Shown here piece after piece: positions 36,857 through 49,840 of a stretch of 64,000 nucleotides of DNA. This stretch comes from Felis catus (lineage: Eukaryota): the NCBI RefSeq assembly GCF_018350175.1, contig NC_058368.1, forward strand, positions 209,252,001-209,316,000. Reading direction: 5' to 3'. Every line of letters starts with the position of its first letter. The stretch's first letter is position 1. Made by a program: the position numbers and the translations under genes. The notes beneath the pieces are model-generated. The model made no database searches, was not told the origin of the DNA, and saw only the letters and a program-made list of their open reading frames with translations.

Positions 36857-39009
36857 CCTTAAGTCCTTCCTACCGGGTCCAGTTAGTTAGCTGAGATGGG
36901 GCAATGTGGGAGGGCAGGCTTGACTGCTTAGGTCCATCTTAGCAGTGTGGAGAACAGCCGCACCCATAGGAGGCCTCGTATTTACAATCTGCCTCAAGGA
37001 GCTCACTTTACATTTCCTGAATGTGTCCTACATTTACTCCATATGATGGAATGAACCTGAGCCTGAAACTGGGAACCCGGAGATTTTAAGGAGATTTTCC
37101 TTTGTAGCAGCAGCTACCCCTCCCTCTATTAGGGGCAGCTTGCCATTTTGACCACATGCTTGCATCAGCTGATAACCTTTCAGGGCTATGAGAAGCCTCA
37201 TCAGAACATCTGGGAAAAAGTGGGGCACCTGGGTGGCTCAGTTTGTTTAGGCATCTGACACCAGCTCAGGTCATGGTTCATGGGTTTGAGCCCCGCTTCG
37301 GGCTCTATATGCTGACATCTCAGAGCCTGGAGGCTGCTTCGAATTCTGTCTCTCCGGCTCTCTCAAAAATAAATAAAACATTAAAAAAAAGAGAACATCT
37401 GAGAAAAAGATACTTCTCACCCTCAGATTAATCAAATAGTTTGTCTTCTTAGTCCCCTTAAAAATTAATAAAGAGGGGCGCCTGGGTGGCTCAGTCGGTT
37501 GAGCGTCTGACTTCAGCTCAGGTCATGATCTAGCGGTCTGTGAGTTCGAGCACCACATCAGGCATTGTGCTGACAGCTCAGAGCCTGGAGCTTGCTTCGC
37601 ATTCTGTGTCTCCCTCTCTCTCTGCGCCTCCCCTGCTCATGCTCTGTCTCTCTCTCTGTCAAAAATAATTTTTTTTAATTAATAAAGAAAAAAGAAAGAA
37701 AACCACCCCCCAAAAACCTGAACTCATGATCTTTCTCCACTGTCCTATCAAAATCCTCTTCATCCTTTAAAGGTGAATCTGGGAGCTGATAAATCTCTTT
37801 TTTATTTTAGTCAGAATTTTTTGTTTGAATAGTAGCTTTCAGTATATGATTTTTATTTTCATTTTATGTATGTATGTATGTATGTAATCTCTGCACCCAG
37901 TATGGGACTCAAACTCATGACCTCAAGACCAAGAGTCACATGCTACTGACTGAGTCATCCAGGCACCCCAATGTATGATTTTTAAAAAACTGATTTTAAT
38001 TGAAATAACATACAGAATAGTACACAAATCACAGATAAGTTTTCTCAAAGTGAACACACTTGTTTACCACCCAGTGAAGATATAAAACCTTATCTAAAAG
38101 CATGTATATTCTTTCCTATGTTCTGTCTTGATGACCAGGGAATTTAGGCCCAGCCTTACTTTTGGACTTACTTTTTTCCCTCTGTGTGGGATGTCCTTTC
38201 CCTTTTGATGGGTTTTCAGAAAATAGAAAGAAGAATTCCAGTTTTTCTTTAAACAAGAAGAGAATTTAGGACTTGAAATTAAAACGATGCATGTTGCAAC
38301 AGAACTGTTACACGTCTATAGATAAAGACCAAACAGCAGCTGGGTAAACTATCAAGGGATCCCCGCACAGTCCACCTATCAGGTTACACAGTTGAGGGGC
38401 TTGTTCTGAAGTAGAGCCTCAGAAGACAAATCAGAGGCTGAGTCCCCATTACTGAGAGGACATATGGACCCACAGAACTTGCTATGAGAAAGTCTTCTGT
38501 CTCTGACAACTCTAACCAATGCCGTGATTCAGTTTAATAGTTTTTGTTGAACTGGAAGACTGTCAAAATGGCTTCCGGACAATTGTCTGTCCAAGTACAT
38601 GATACGTTAATCTTTCAAGTCAATGGGAAGCATACTTAAAGTATAAAATGGCCGCATGTCAGGTGACAGGGAAAATCCACGATTAGCTATTGCTACTGCA
38701 ATTCTGCAACTCACCTTGTCACAGTGATTAGTCTATGAATGACACTTAAATAAAGCCTAAACCAATCAATGCTTTTTTTTTTCTTTCTTTTTTTTAGGAC
38801 TAGTGATTGACTCAAAGTGGATGCGTGACTTAAATTGTTCCAATTGGAGTGAAGCACAGGTTGGGGAAATAGATTTTTTTTTCCAGGATGGTGCGGTGTG
38901 ATAGTGTAAGACCTGAGACATCTGTAGCCTTTTGCTACCATAGCAGACATTATATTTTTAAAGAATATTTGGGGAAGTAATTTTATATCCATTAAAGTAT
39001 TATTGCCTT

Positions 39010-39048
39010 ACATATTATAGCAGGGTTCTGAGAAAGAAACACTAGAAA

Positions 39049-39093
<45 letters not shown>

Positions 39094-39590
39094 GTATATT
39101 TTTACAGGAATTTGATATTATGCAATCAAGAGAACTGATTTAAGCAGTCTCTGTAAGGTTCTTTGTGTCAGATGTGGAGCTTGAATTCATAGAGCAGTCA
39201 GGCAGCATGGGAAGATGGCTGCAAAATCTAAGACAGTTAGGACACGTTGGGCCCTACAAGCATGAGCTGGAGATCAGGAGGATGGACCAAAATCCATGTT
39301 AGTTGTTGTTGCTTCTGACTTTGGTGGTACTGATGTCCTGCAGAAGCCGAGGCCTTCTTCAGGGAGCTAAATACTTATACCTGGCCCAGGAGTTGGAGAC
39401 TTTGAAAGAGGATCCAAGGGAGGTTAGAGCAGCTGCAAAGCCAGCAGGTAAGGGACCAGACATGTGGGCTACAAGGTAGCTGCTTCACTTCTGCCCTTGA
39501 AATCTCCCATAAGAATCTCCCTTGTGGTCTACTCTAGCTAGAAACATACAGGGAAGGGATTCAGCCTAGCCACCTTGACACAGTGAAAAG
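39010..39590. mobile_element. Old ERVL/MaLR-type LTR (MLT2-like) with an internal (TG)n
   Basis: agcagggttct...agaaa followed by a (TG)n tract and ending ttcagcctagccaccttgacaca; family uncertain. Confidence 0.5.
39049..39088. repeat. (TG)n microsatellite
   Basis: About 19 units. Confidence 0.95.
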
Positions 39591-39886
39591 CCAGTGCACT
39601 ACCCATTCATTGAATCAGTGGCATTCACTTCTTTATATAGAAGATAGATACCACCTAAAGCGAAGTTTTCATTTTCAGCTTCAAGTCTCCAAGTAAAATT
39701 ATTATTTGATTCTTTAACAAGACAACTGTCTGAACAGTTCAGCTTTATTCACAAAAGTGTATTCTAAATTTCTTGTTAAATATCAAAGTCAAAACATTAA
39801 AGTCTGAATATGGCATTTTTTCCATATGCCACAATGCAGGAGCAATCCAGAGAAGAGTCAGAATATGTGTAAGAGGAGTCCTATCT

Positions 39887-40017
39887 GGAGAAGAAGAAGA
39901 AGGTGGAGGAGGAGGAGAAGAATGAGAAGGAGAAGAAGGAGAAAGAGAAGGAGAAGAAGAAGGAGAAGAAGAAGAAGAAGAAGAAGAAGAAGAAGAAGAA
40001 GAAGAAGAAGGAGAAAG
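39887..40017. repeat. (GAA/GGA)n purine-rich trinucleotide tract
   Basis: About 130 nt with only two T interruptions; perfect (GAA)n core ~39965-40010. Confidence 0.95.
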
Positions 40018-41199
40018 TCCTCTGACTTAGTGGAAACAAGGAATCAGATATGCGTGTATTTCAAGATAAAAATCTCATGAGCATGGGGTTGAGGATAAAG
40101 TTGAAAGTAGAGTAGATTTTCTGTCATTGGAAAAGACAATATGGGTGTGATCCTACCAGAATAAAACATGGTAATGTGATAGGGAAAGGAAAGACCTGCT
40201 CTCAGCTCTTTTGTCAAATTCAAAGCATATAACTCACATGCTCTGGGGAAGTTGAGAACAAGAGCATCCATTTGAAAGGCACAGAATGGAAAGACAAAGG
40301 ATGTGGCTGAACCTCGGTGGGCAATGTAGCATCCTCAAGGGAGAAAGAGGCTTCGCAGCTGAGCCACAGTAGATACCAGTGCAAGAGATCAGAAGCAGGT
40401 ATCAAACATCCTGAAACAGTGATGGGTAAAAATACAGAAAACAAAGTTTGAACACAAGCACTCTCTCCCCCGTTGCCTTTAGGGCACATAGCCCCTCCTA
40501 CCACTATCACTATGAGTCTACTCTGTAAGTTACGTAGAATGAGAGGAAAATCCACAAGGTACAATATTTATTTGAAATTCTTACCAAAGAAGTGGAAGTA
40601 TTATTAATTGTCAAGGCAAAGACTTTCCCTGCTACACACTGGAGTGGAGGCTCATAAAAAATATTCAGTTATAGAAAAAAAAGAGATAAACTACATTTTC
40701 CTTACAGAATGGTAGATTTGCCATATTCTCACTGTACCACAAAAGAAGCCAGCCTGAAGACGAAGGGCAGAGCAAAGAGAATCAGGGAAAAATAGAACCA
40801 GAGCCTTGCCTCATCAAACTTGCAAGAAACCTGCTGACCCCCTGCATTAATAAGCCAATCATTTGTTGTTTGGCTTCTTTTATTGTTAAATTCAGTAAGG
40901 TTCTCTGTTACCTTAAGTAACCTTACTTAAGGTCTTAAAAATCTTGCTTAAAGGTAAGCAGTTTTTTTTTTTAAGTAGACTTCACACCCAGCACAGAGCC
41001 CAGTGTGGGACTTGAAATCACAACCCTGAAATCAAGACCTCAGCTGAGATCAACAGTCAGACACTTAACCAACTGAGCCACCCAGGTGCCCCTAAAGATA
41101 GGCAGTTTAAATCAGCCAGTGACATCCAAACCTGGTCTTAATCACCATAACACATACGTGTAGCTCAACTGTCATTCCCTCTGCCAAACCTGCAACTAT

Positions 41200-41563
41200 T
41201 TGCTACTCAAAGTGTGGTCCCAGGACCTGGAGTATGACATCACCTGGAAGCTTGTTAAGAAAGCCCATGTCAACGTCTCACCCACCCCTTCAGTCAGTTA
41301 AGTGTCTGACTCTTGATTTTGACTCAGGTCATGATCTCACAGTTCATGGGATCAAGCCCCATGATGGGCTGTGCGCTAACAGCGAGGAGCCTGCTTGTGA
41401 TTCTCTCTCTCTCCCTCTCTCTCTGCCCCTCCCCTGCTCTCTTTCTCTCTCAAAAATAAATAAACTTAAAAAAAAAAAGGTCTCACCCACCCCAAGCCTA
41501 CTGAATCAGAATCTGCATTTTAATAAGAGTCTCAAGTGATTCATATGTACCTTAAAGTTTGAG
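41200..41563. mobile_element. MER5A-like hAT MITE split by a SINE
   Basis: ctcaaagtgtggtcc...atcacctggaagcttgtta...cctactgaatcagaatctgcatttt...aaagtttgag. Confidence 0.75.
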
Positions 41564-42387
41564 TCATTCTTGTCTTTGGATTCTTACAGCATGTTCCTTT
41601 TTCATTGCTAAATATTCATCTGTCTCCTCACCAAACCTGTGATAACTTTGAAGGCAGGAAATGTGTATTATTATTTTTTAAATCTAACTACTTGTGATAA
41701 TTGTCCACCAAATTAATTGTCCATAATAATTATTGTCCACCAAAACATTCCTTCAGTATTACTGGGTACATTGCTAATCTACATTTCCCAGACTCCCTTG
41801 AAATGTCCACATGATCATGTTCTGTCTAATGCAGCATATACAGAAATATTGTGTACTACTTCTGGGCTCAGATCTTAAGACTGTGGACATACTTTCTCAT
41901 TTTCCCCTTCCCTTGGCTGGAATCCACTATGACCCAGTTTGATTAGGCAACAAGACAGTGGAGGATGCCAGAGCAAGTATCTTGGGGCAAACTGAATCTC
42001 TGAATAAATGTATGGATGAGAGCTACTGCTCGAGACTGAACCATGCACCTTGTAATAGTTACATAGAAATAAACATCTCTGTTCTTTAGGCTGCTGGTTT
42101 ACTGTAGGGGCTCTTTGACATGGTAGCCTATTCTTATTCTAAATAACTAACTCATCACCTTTATAATAAACCTCAGCTTAAAATGATTCCCCTTGTGATG
42201 AAATAATGGCCTCAAATACACACAAATAAGCCCTCAGCAGCCATTTCTGTTCTATGTGATCCTAGCCATAGCTAACTGATCCAGGAGTGGATCCCTTCCC
42301 CACTGCACTGTTTGCACTTTCCCTCCAAGAGATTTGCAATTGTGAACTGAGAATAACTGGAGTTGAGTCATGTTAGCGGAAAGGCTT

Positions 42388-42810
42388 TAGAGCTGTACTG
42401 TACAATACAGGAGCCACTAGCCACATTTGTTGTCTGAATTTAATTAAAATAAAATAAAATAAATCAGTGTCTCAGTTGTACTTACATTTCAGTACTCATT
42501 GCATTGTGGCTAACGGCTACCATATTGGACAGGACATAGAACCTTTTCACCATTACAGAAATTTCTTTTTTTTTTAATGCTTATTTATTTGTTATTGAGA
42601 GAGAGAGAGAGAGAGAGAGAGCTCAAGTGGGGGGAGGAATAGAGAGAGGGAGACACAGAATCTCCAGCCTCTGAGCTGTCAGCACAGAGCCTGACATGGG
42701 GGTTAAACCCACAAACCTTGAGATCATGACCTGAGTTGAAGTCAGACGCTCAAGCAACTGAGCCACCAAGGTGCCCCATCACCATTATAGAAATTTCTAC
42801 TGGAGAGCAC
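42388..42810. mobile_element. MER3/MER33-like hAT MITE split by a SINE
   Basis: agccactagccacat...gctaccatattggacag; SINE TSD caccatta(c/t)agaaatttct. Confidence 0.7.
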
Positions 42811-44949
42811 CATTCTACAGAGCATGTCTATAATCCTTCCTGGTTGTTGAAACCATTCCTTAGATTCTGTGGGATACACCAGAATCTCAATAAATTCCTT
42901 CTCTTGCTCAAGCTCAGATTTGATGTTATTATCTGCTACCAAAAGGATTTCAGTTGTTATATATCTGGCACTGTAACTACAAAACACCAAAACTTGGGCT
43001 GTGGGAATGCTCAGGCTTATTTTTATTTGACCTTACTCAGATTTTCACACGGTTGTCTATTCCTTCTTAGATTCATCCTTCCTAGGCTTTCATGACACCA
43101 CTCTCACCCCTCTGACATTCTCGTGAGAATTGGTATTGTCCATTGAACTCTTATTTATCATTATAGGTTAAAGGGAGGCAATCCTTAAAAAGTTCAGGTA
43201 AGGCTAAAAGAGATACTGATGCTTAGATTACATATTCTATATCTACAGCACTTCCATTGGGCTTCTGAACCATGTATCTAATTGTTCACTAGATAGTTCC
43301 ACCTTGAATTCCAAAGGCACCACAAAATGGAAGTGCTTCAAACTGAACTCTTCCCTGTTTAAGACCTATCTTAAGTATTTCTGACTTCCTCATATCTCAG
43401 GTAGAGAAAATGCACTGAGTATACTGCTATCATGGAGTTTATTACTACACTGTAATTTAAGTGTTGATGAGTCTCTTCTGAACTAGGGACGTTGTCTTCC
43501 CTTCTTTATACCTACCATAGTGTATGACCCATCACAGGCATTCAATAATTTTTTGTTTTAGCAAATTGTAGTCATTTCCATAAATTTTAAGTAATGAATG
43601 TGTAGAAAGTCAACCTCAGAATTAAAACAATACCTGTGGATCTGATGGCCATACAGCAAAATCAGCCACTGCTATCCCATTATTGTCACACCTAAGGTCT
43701 AGAAATGGGAACACAGCAGATTGTGGGACTAGGTTAGAGATTCTTAGTTCTCAAATTTTTCTGCTGGAGATTTTTTTTTTTTTTTTTGGTGCTAACTGGA
43801 GCAAGATTTATATAAGGTGTTTGTTACTTTAGGTGGACTTGAACCTCCGTTCTATAATCTTTGAGATAAACGGTGCTGAGTTGCCAGTATCTCCTCTGCC
43901 ACTTATCCTACACAGAGACACAGGGATGGCTGTGGTTTCTGAAGTTGTGAGAAGACTTCCTGCTCTGCATCCTTGGTGAAGATAAACCAAACTCACAGCT
44001 CTCTGAGAGGCCTGGGTGATTTACTCAATAAAACATACCAAGCCTAGACAAGGGGTAGCAAGCCAAAATGCCTTAAAAGACCAAGCCCATCACCTTATGC
44101 AGTCAGCTGCCCAGTAGGAAGCATGAGAAGGACAGTGATTTGAGTATGGCAGTAAATTTAAGAATCCTTCTTGGTGGCTTCATCTAAAAGGCTCAGTGAA
44201 CAAGCAGTCTGTGATGGTCAGTGGGGTCACATTTGGCCTTCGGTTCCCCAGACTGCAGGCTGAGAATAAGAGAAAATTTGAGGATGAAGTGCACTGTCAG
44301 TTCAAATACTGCTAAAGCACACATGGAAATGTGAGAGTGTCCGCAGGACAGTGGAAGGAGGCCACATCTGACAGAGCAAGGGAGCGAACAGCCTAGAGCA
44401 TTTATAGAGGGCAACCATAGAAACCTATTAAGAATATGGTAGGAACCACTGGAAAAACATCCGTAATCAATTTTGGGATGGGATCTGGGACTTACGCCTC
44501 TAGAGGTTCAGAGATGGCATGGTGCCCGACACACAGAAGGTAGATGTGCTTAATTCTTTTTTTAAAATTTAAAGTTTATTTATTTAGAGAAAGAAGGAGA
44601 GGGAGAGTGAGCAGGGAGGGGCAGAGAGAGAGGGACACAGAATCCCAAGAAGTCTCTGCACTGCCAGCACAGAGCTGGATGTGGGGCTCGAACCCATGAA
44701 ACATGAGATGATGACTTGAGTCGAAATCAAGAGTCAGACACTCAATCGACTGAGCCACTGAGCCATGTTAATGATATAATGTCACCATTCTATTGTGAAA
44801 TAGATTTTAGTGATTAAACTAAAACAACAACAACAAAAACCCAGGCCCACGACTTAAAGCAACCATTTAGCTACTATCCAGTGCTATGGTAGAAGTAGCT
44901 ACGGTAGAGAGGCAGCTATGTTCAGTTGTTCAGGAACCCTGAATTTTTT

Positions 44950-45484
44950 TGTTACGGAAAAGTAGATGGAAAAAGAAAGAAGCCTCAGTTCTTTTCACTG
45001 CCACAGTAAAGAATTGCAGGCAGCGAAAGGAAAGCAGAACAAAGTTTTATTAAAGTACACGCCAAGGGAGAAGGGGGGCAAGAGACAAAGGGGCTTGGAA
45101 ACTCCAGGATGTGGGTTTATATAGTTTTTTTTTTCTTTTGGGTGGGTCCTAGGGTGGCAACATTTGAGTGGCAGGTCTGAATTATATAATAATTAGCCAA
45201 CTACTGCACGTCCTTTCCCAAACTGTATTCAAAATACCTGCAAGGGGTAGGAAACCACATTATTTCCATCCTGGAGACACAGGTCAAATAAGAACAACCC
45301 AGTGTTTTTTGCACAAGTGCAGCTGGGACTACACATTTCCCTCTTCCTCTGCCAGGATGCTATACCACCGACGGACTACTAGATGGGCGGAACATGATGC
45401 TCCCTGGGTGGTCCTCTGTTGGGGCTCTCTGTCAGGACGTCTAAGGTCCATCCTCCCGTTGTGCATGCCTAGCTTTCTGCCTAA
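44950..45484 (-). mobile_element. Probable solo ERV LTR
   Basis: Starts tgttacgg; on the minus strand TATATAAA (45123-45116) precedes AATAAA (45051-45046) by ~65 nt, the U3-R-U5 layout; inserted into older MaLR-like sequence. Confidence 0.6.
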
Positions 45485-46430
45485 GGCTTCCATCTTGTGT
45501 TTCCACCGTCTTCTTTGCTTTCAAAAAGCAGAGGTCAAAAGAGAGAGAGTTTAGAAAAGGCACAAATGGGGGCACCTGGGTGGCTCAGTCGGTTGGGTGT
45601 CCGACTTCGGCTCAGGTCATGATCTCGCGGTCCGTGAGTTCGAGCCCCATGTCAGGCTCTGTGCTGACAGCTCAGAGCCTGGAGCCTGTTTCGGATTCTG
45701 TGTCTCCCTCTATCTCTGACTTCCCCCATTCATGCTCTGTCTCTCTCTCTGTCTCAAGAATGAATAAACGTTAAAAAAAAAAAAGGCACAAATGCCCTTC
45801 ACTGCCTTGTTCTTAAAATAACACGCATCCCGGACACACATATTGGCAAGAAATAGCCACATGGCTGCATCTAGATACAAAGGGGCCCAGACACATGGTC
45901 CTTGTGTGCTGAGGAAAAAGAAGAGCCATGCACAGTGGTATTCAGTAGCAAATTTCACAGGCCTATCAAGGCATTTTCCTAAATAATGAGGGTGTCGTGT
46001 AGAAATAAATTCTCATCTCAGATGGCAAGAAAACTAATTCTTTATATGTTACATTGAAAGACATTCCATACTCTGAAATCAAAAAATATTCAACAATATT
46101 TTATCTAGTTATTTCATGATTTCATTTTTTGTATACCCCTGAAAAATATTTTGGGGTGCAGTGCAGAGCAAGTTTCATTCCAAAAAAGTGGCTTAGTTGC
46201 ATTGACCCATGGAGATTTGGGGAGTGTTTGTTATAGGAGATATTGTACTCTGGCCAAAATGAAGTTATAGGACTTAGATGGATCTAAGAGAAATATTTAA
46301 GCTGTTCTGTGTTAATATTAATTTGGTGTTTGTAGAAAAAGATGTGGATTAGAGGAGAGGGAAGAGCTAGCTCTACATAGGAGATGGTCCATCAAAACAG
46401 AGGCAAGAAAGTCTTAAGAAAAAGGACGCC

Positions 46431-46835
46431 TTTTTATTTTATTTTATTTTTTTATGAAATTTATTGTCAAATTGGTTTCCATACAACACCCAGTGCTCAT
46501 CCCAACAGGTGCCCTCCTCAATGCCCATCACCCACTCCCCCCCCCACCCTTCATCAACCCTCAGTTTATTCCCAGTTTTTAAGAGTCTTTTATGGTTTGC
46601 CTCCCTCCCTCTCTCTCTCTCTCTTTTTTTTTTTTCCCTTCGCTTCTCCCATGGTCTTCTGTTAAGTTTCTCCGGATCCACCTAAGAGTGAAAACATATG
46701 GTATATGTCTTTCTTTGTATGACTTCACTTAGCATAACACTCTCCAGTTCCATCCACGTTGCTACAAAAGGCCATATTTCATTCTTTCTCATTGCCACAT
46801 AGTATTCCATTGTGTATATAAACCACAATTTCTTT
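46431..46835 (-). mobile_element. 5'-truncated feline-type L1 3' end
   Basis: Poly-T then tttattgtcaaattggtttccatacaacacccagtgctcatcccaacaggtgccctcc, the recalled cat L1 terminus. Confidence 0.88.
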
Positions 46836-48519
46836 AAGGGATGTCTTTAAAAAATTTTTTTTTAAATTTTATTTGATTTAGAGAGAGAGTGAGTGGGTGT
46901 GGGTAGGAGAGGGGCAGAGAAAGAATCCCAAGCAGGCTTGGCCTGTCAGTGTAAGCCTGATGTGGGACTTGATCTCATGATCTTGAAATCATGATCTGAG
47001 ATGAAACCAAGAGTCCAACGCTTAACGGACTGAGCCATCCAGGCACACCAAGAAAAGGGACATCTTAACATGGAATATTGTCACACAGTTTCCCCCCAAA
47101 CTCTCAAAGTCCCTACACAACATTGTCATATATGATAATTAGTAATAAATTACAGAAAAATCCAAGCCCACAGAATGTACAACACCAAGAGTGAATCATA
47201 ATGTAAACTATAGACTCTGAATGATGATGATGCATCAGTGTAGGTTCATTAATTGTAACAAATGTACCAATCTGGTGAGGGATGTTAATAATGGGTGAGA
47301 GGCTATGCTTTTGTGGGGGCAGGGGGTCACATGGGAACTCTCTGTTCTTGTCCTTCCGTTTTGTTGTGACCCTTGAACTGTTCTAAAAAAACTAAAGCCA
47401 TGAGATGGTAGTATGATCATTAAATTGAACTAATTCAATGGAAATGGAGCCTAAGAAAATGAATTTCTAGATGTGTGGTTTTATTTTGGTTTTAAGTATA
47501 GTGGGGGCACCTGGGTGGCTCAGTCCATTAAGCATCCAACTCTTGGTTTCAGCTCAGGTCATGATCTCACAGTTGTGAGATCGAGTAACCCCTTCCCCAA
47601 ACCCCAGGTCAAGGTTTCCCCAAGCCCTGCATCAGGCTCTGTACACTGAGCATGGAGCTTGCTTGGGGTTTTCTCTTCTCCCCTCTCTCTGCCTCTCCCC
47701 TGCTCGTGCTTCTGTGCTCTCTCTCAAAATAAATAAATAAACCTTAAAAAAAAAGAATGGTGACAGGAGCTGAAACTTGGTTTAAATGAGGATAAGAATC
47801 ATGAAAACCTTATCAAATAGATTTAGTGATTTCACATTCTCATGTAACTTACATCAACAAAATTAAACGGTAAATGGCAGACTTGCTCCATTTGGCAGAA
47901 TAATTACTTAATTCTCATAAGTAATTATTTAGAATAACAAAAACTTGAACATTGCAATTGAACAAATGGTCAAGGAATATAAAGAGGCAATTCAAAAAAG
48001 AAATTGGACAAATGGATAATAAATATTTGAAAAATGTTCAATCTCACTAGAAATCAAAAATACATGATAAGATAATGAGTTAGCACTGTCACCTGTCTGA
48101 AGAAGACTCAAGTGAGGCCAATACGCAATGTTCATGATGCTGGAGGCCTGGGAATTAGTATTACGACTAAGAATGTCAATTTGGTAATATACATATCAGG
48201 CTCTACGTTGACTTCCCATTTGAATCACCTGGAGAAATTATTTTATTTTTAAGTGTGTGATTTTTATTTTTTTTTAAATGTTAATTCGAGTATAGACCTG
48301 GGGAACTTTTAGGAAGAGCAAGAGAAACTTGGGTTCTATCCCAGATCAATCAAATCAAAATCCTTAGTAGTGGACGCCAAGCGCCAATGTTTTTTCAAAG
48401 CTCTCCAAATAATTCTCATATTCAACATGTGAAAAAAGAAGATGAGGAGGGAAAACAGAGCATGCCACTGCCTAACGCATTCAAATTTAAGTTATAGAAA
48501 AAAATGCTTTTCCAGGCTA

Positions 48520-49840
48520 GACCGGGCTGCTTGTTCGTGACCCCTGTTCCGAGTCAGTCGGTTGGACCCAGGACTGGGGCAAAGGAAGCCAAAACAATGT
48601 CAGAGACGAACAAGTCACTAGGATGGCGAGCACAGACACACTTCCCTTAGTGCTGTAGGTTGCCCACCGGATCTGTGGGGGGGCCTTTTGTTTTCGGGTC
48701 CGGGAAGGACGCCCCACGGGAGGGGACGTCCCGCGAGTGGCCCACCAGCCGGTTATTAAACAGTTTCTCTGAAAAGCGCTGCACAGTTCCCGGGCACGCA
48801 AGACGCGATTCTCGGAAGCGCGCCGGCGAGAGGAACGAACCCCCGGCGGAAGCTGAGGCGACCGAAGGGGGGGTGGGGAGCGGCGGGAGCCCGCGGGGGA
48901 GACCGGGAGCGGGAGGCGGAGGCAAGGAGGCCGGGAGACGGTGCGGAGTCGAGGGGCGGCTCGGAGGACGAGGGGCGGGAACCTGGAGAGCCTGGAAGAG
49001 GAGGAGGGAGGGAGGGGCATCGCGAGCTTCCCGCCCGCGCTCCCGGGCGGCTCCGAGCAGGCGCCCTGGCGGTGCCCGCCGTCTCCTTCCCCGCCCGCCG
49101 CGGTCGCCAGGGTACAGGCTCGCGTCCGGTGGCCCGCTGGGCCCGTGGCCGTCGCCCTCCCGCCTCCTCGCAGCGCTGCCCGTTTCGCCCTCGGCCTCGC
49201 CTTCCCCGCCCCGGACGGGCCAGGAGCCCCGGCGGAGGTAACTGCGGGCAGATTCCTGCCGCTTGTAGCCCCAGCCCCCACCCCGCGCCGTTGGGCCGCC
49301 GGCGTCCGCGGGCTCCTCGGGTCCAACCCGCACCCTAGCGTCTGGCCGGTGCGCGACCTCCCCCCGCCTTCTCCTGCCGCACCCCGTCCCCTCGTCCTTC
49401 CCCGCTGCCCTGTCCAGGCCCGTCCCTCTCCCTCGGCCTGCCCCAGCCTCCCCGCGTCGCTCTCGCGCCGCAGCATCCGCAGGCTGACGGAGGCGCGGGA
49501 GCTCCGGGGGTCGGTCGGGTCGCCCTCCGGCCGGCGCGGGACGAACTCCGGTCCGCGCCGGCCCTGGGCGGGACCCCTCCTGGTCGTCCACCCTTGGGCG
49601 TCCCCGTGGGCGCCGCACTGAGCACCTCGCGGGGGAGACGGCGGCTGTCCCCGCCAAGCCTACGCTGCAGGGTCCGGTGGGAAACCCCCGAGGGTTCTCT
49701 GGAAGTGACCTGATGACCTGTGCGGGGTGGTCGTGGCGAAACTTCTGTTTGACTTTCTTTGGTATGAATTGAGCACGGGTGAATGAATGGACGCGATTTC
49801 TTAGACTCTTTTTCTCGGGAAATTGTGTTCGCCACTGTGT
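48520..49840. promoter_or_regulatory. CPLANE1: CpG island / CPLANE1 promoter
   Basis: Abrupt GC- and CpG-rich, repeat-free block; GC boxes GGGGCGG at 48953 and 48972; ETS-like CGGAAG at 48813 and 48847; the only CpG island upstream of the CPLANE1 ATG exon. Confidence 0.9.
48830..49237 (+). other. CPLANE1: Putative non-coding first exon of CPLANE1 (start approximate)
   Basis: Donor-like GAG|gtaact after 49237 inside the CpG island; the ATG exon has its own acceptor, so an upstream exon is required; TSS not determinable. Confidence 0.55.

Noticed and set aside
37110..37142. Possible CTCF site or hairpin (agctacccct...aggggcagct)
   Set aside because: Poor match to the CTCF core; a short imperfect stem is expected by chance
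48517..49835. Long overlapping ORFs (319, 336, 193, 226, 166 aa) in the CpG island
   Set aside because: Stop-codon depletion in GC-rich DNA; low-complexity R/G/P/A content, several frames open at once, no recognisable domain
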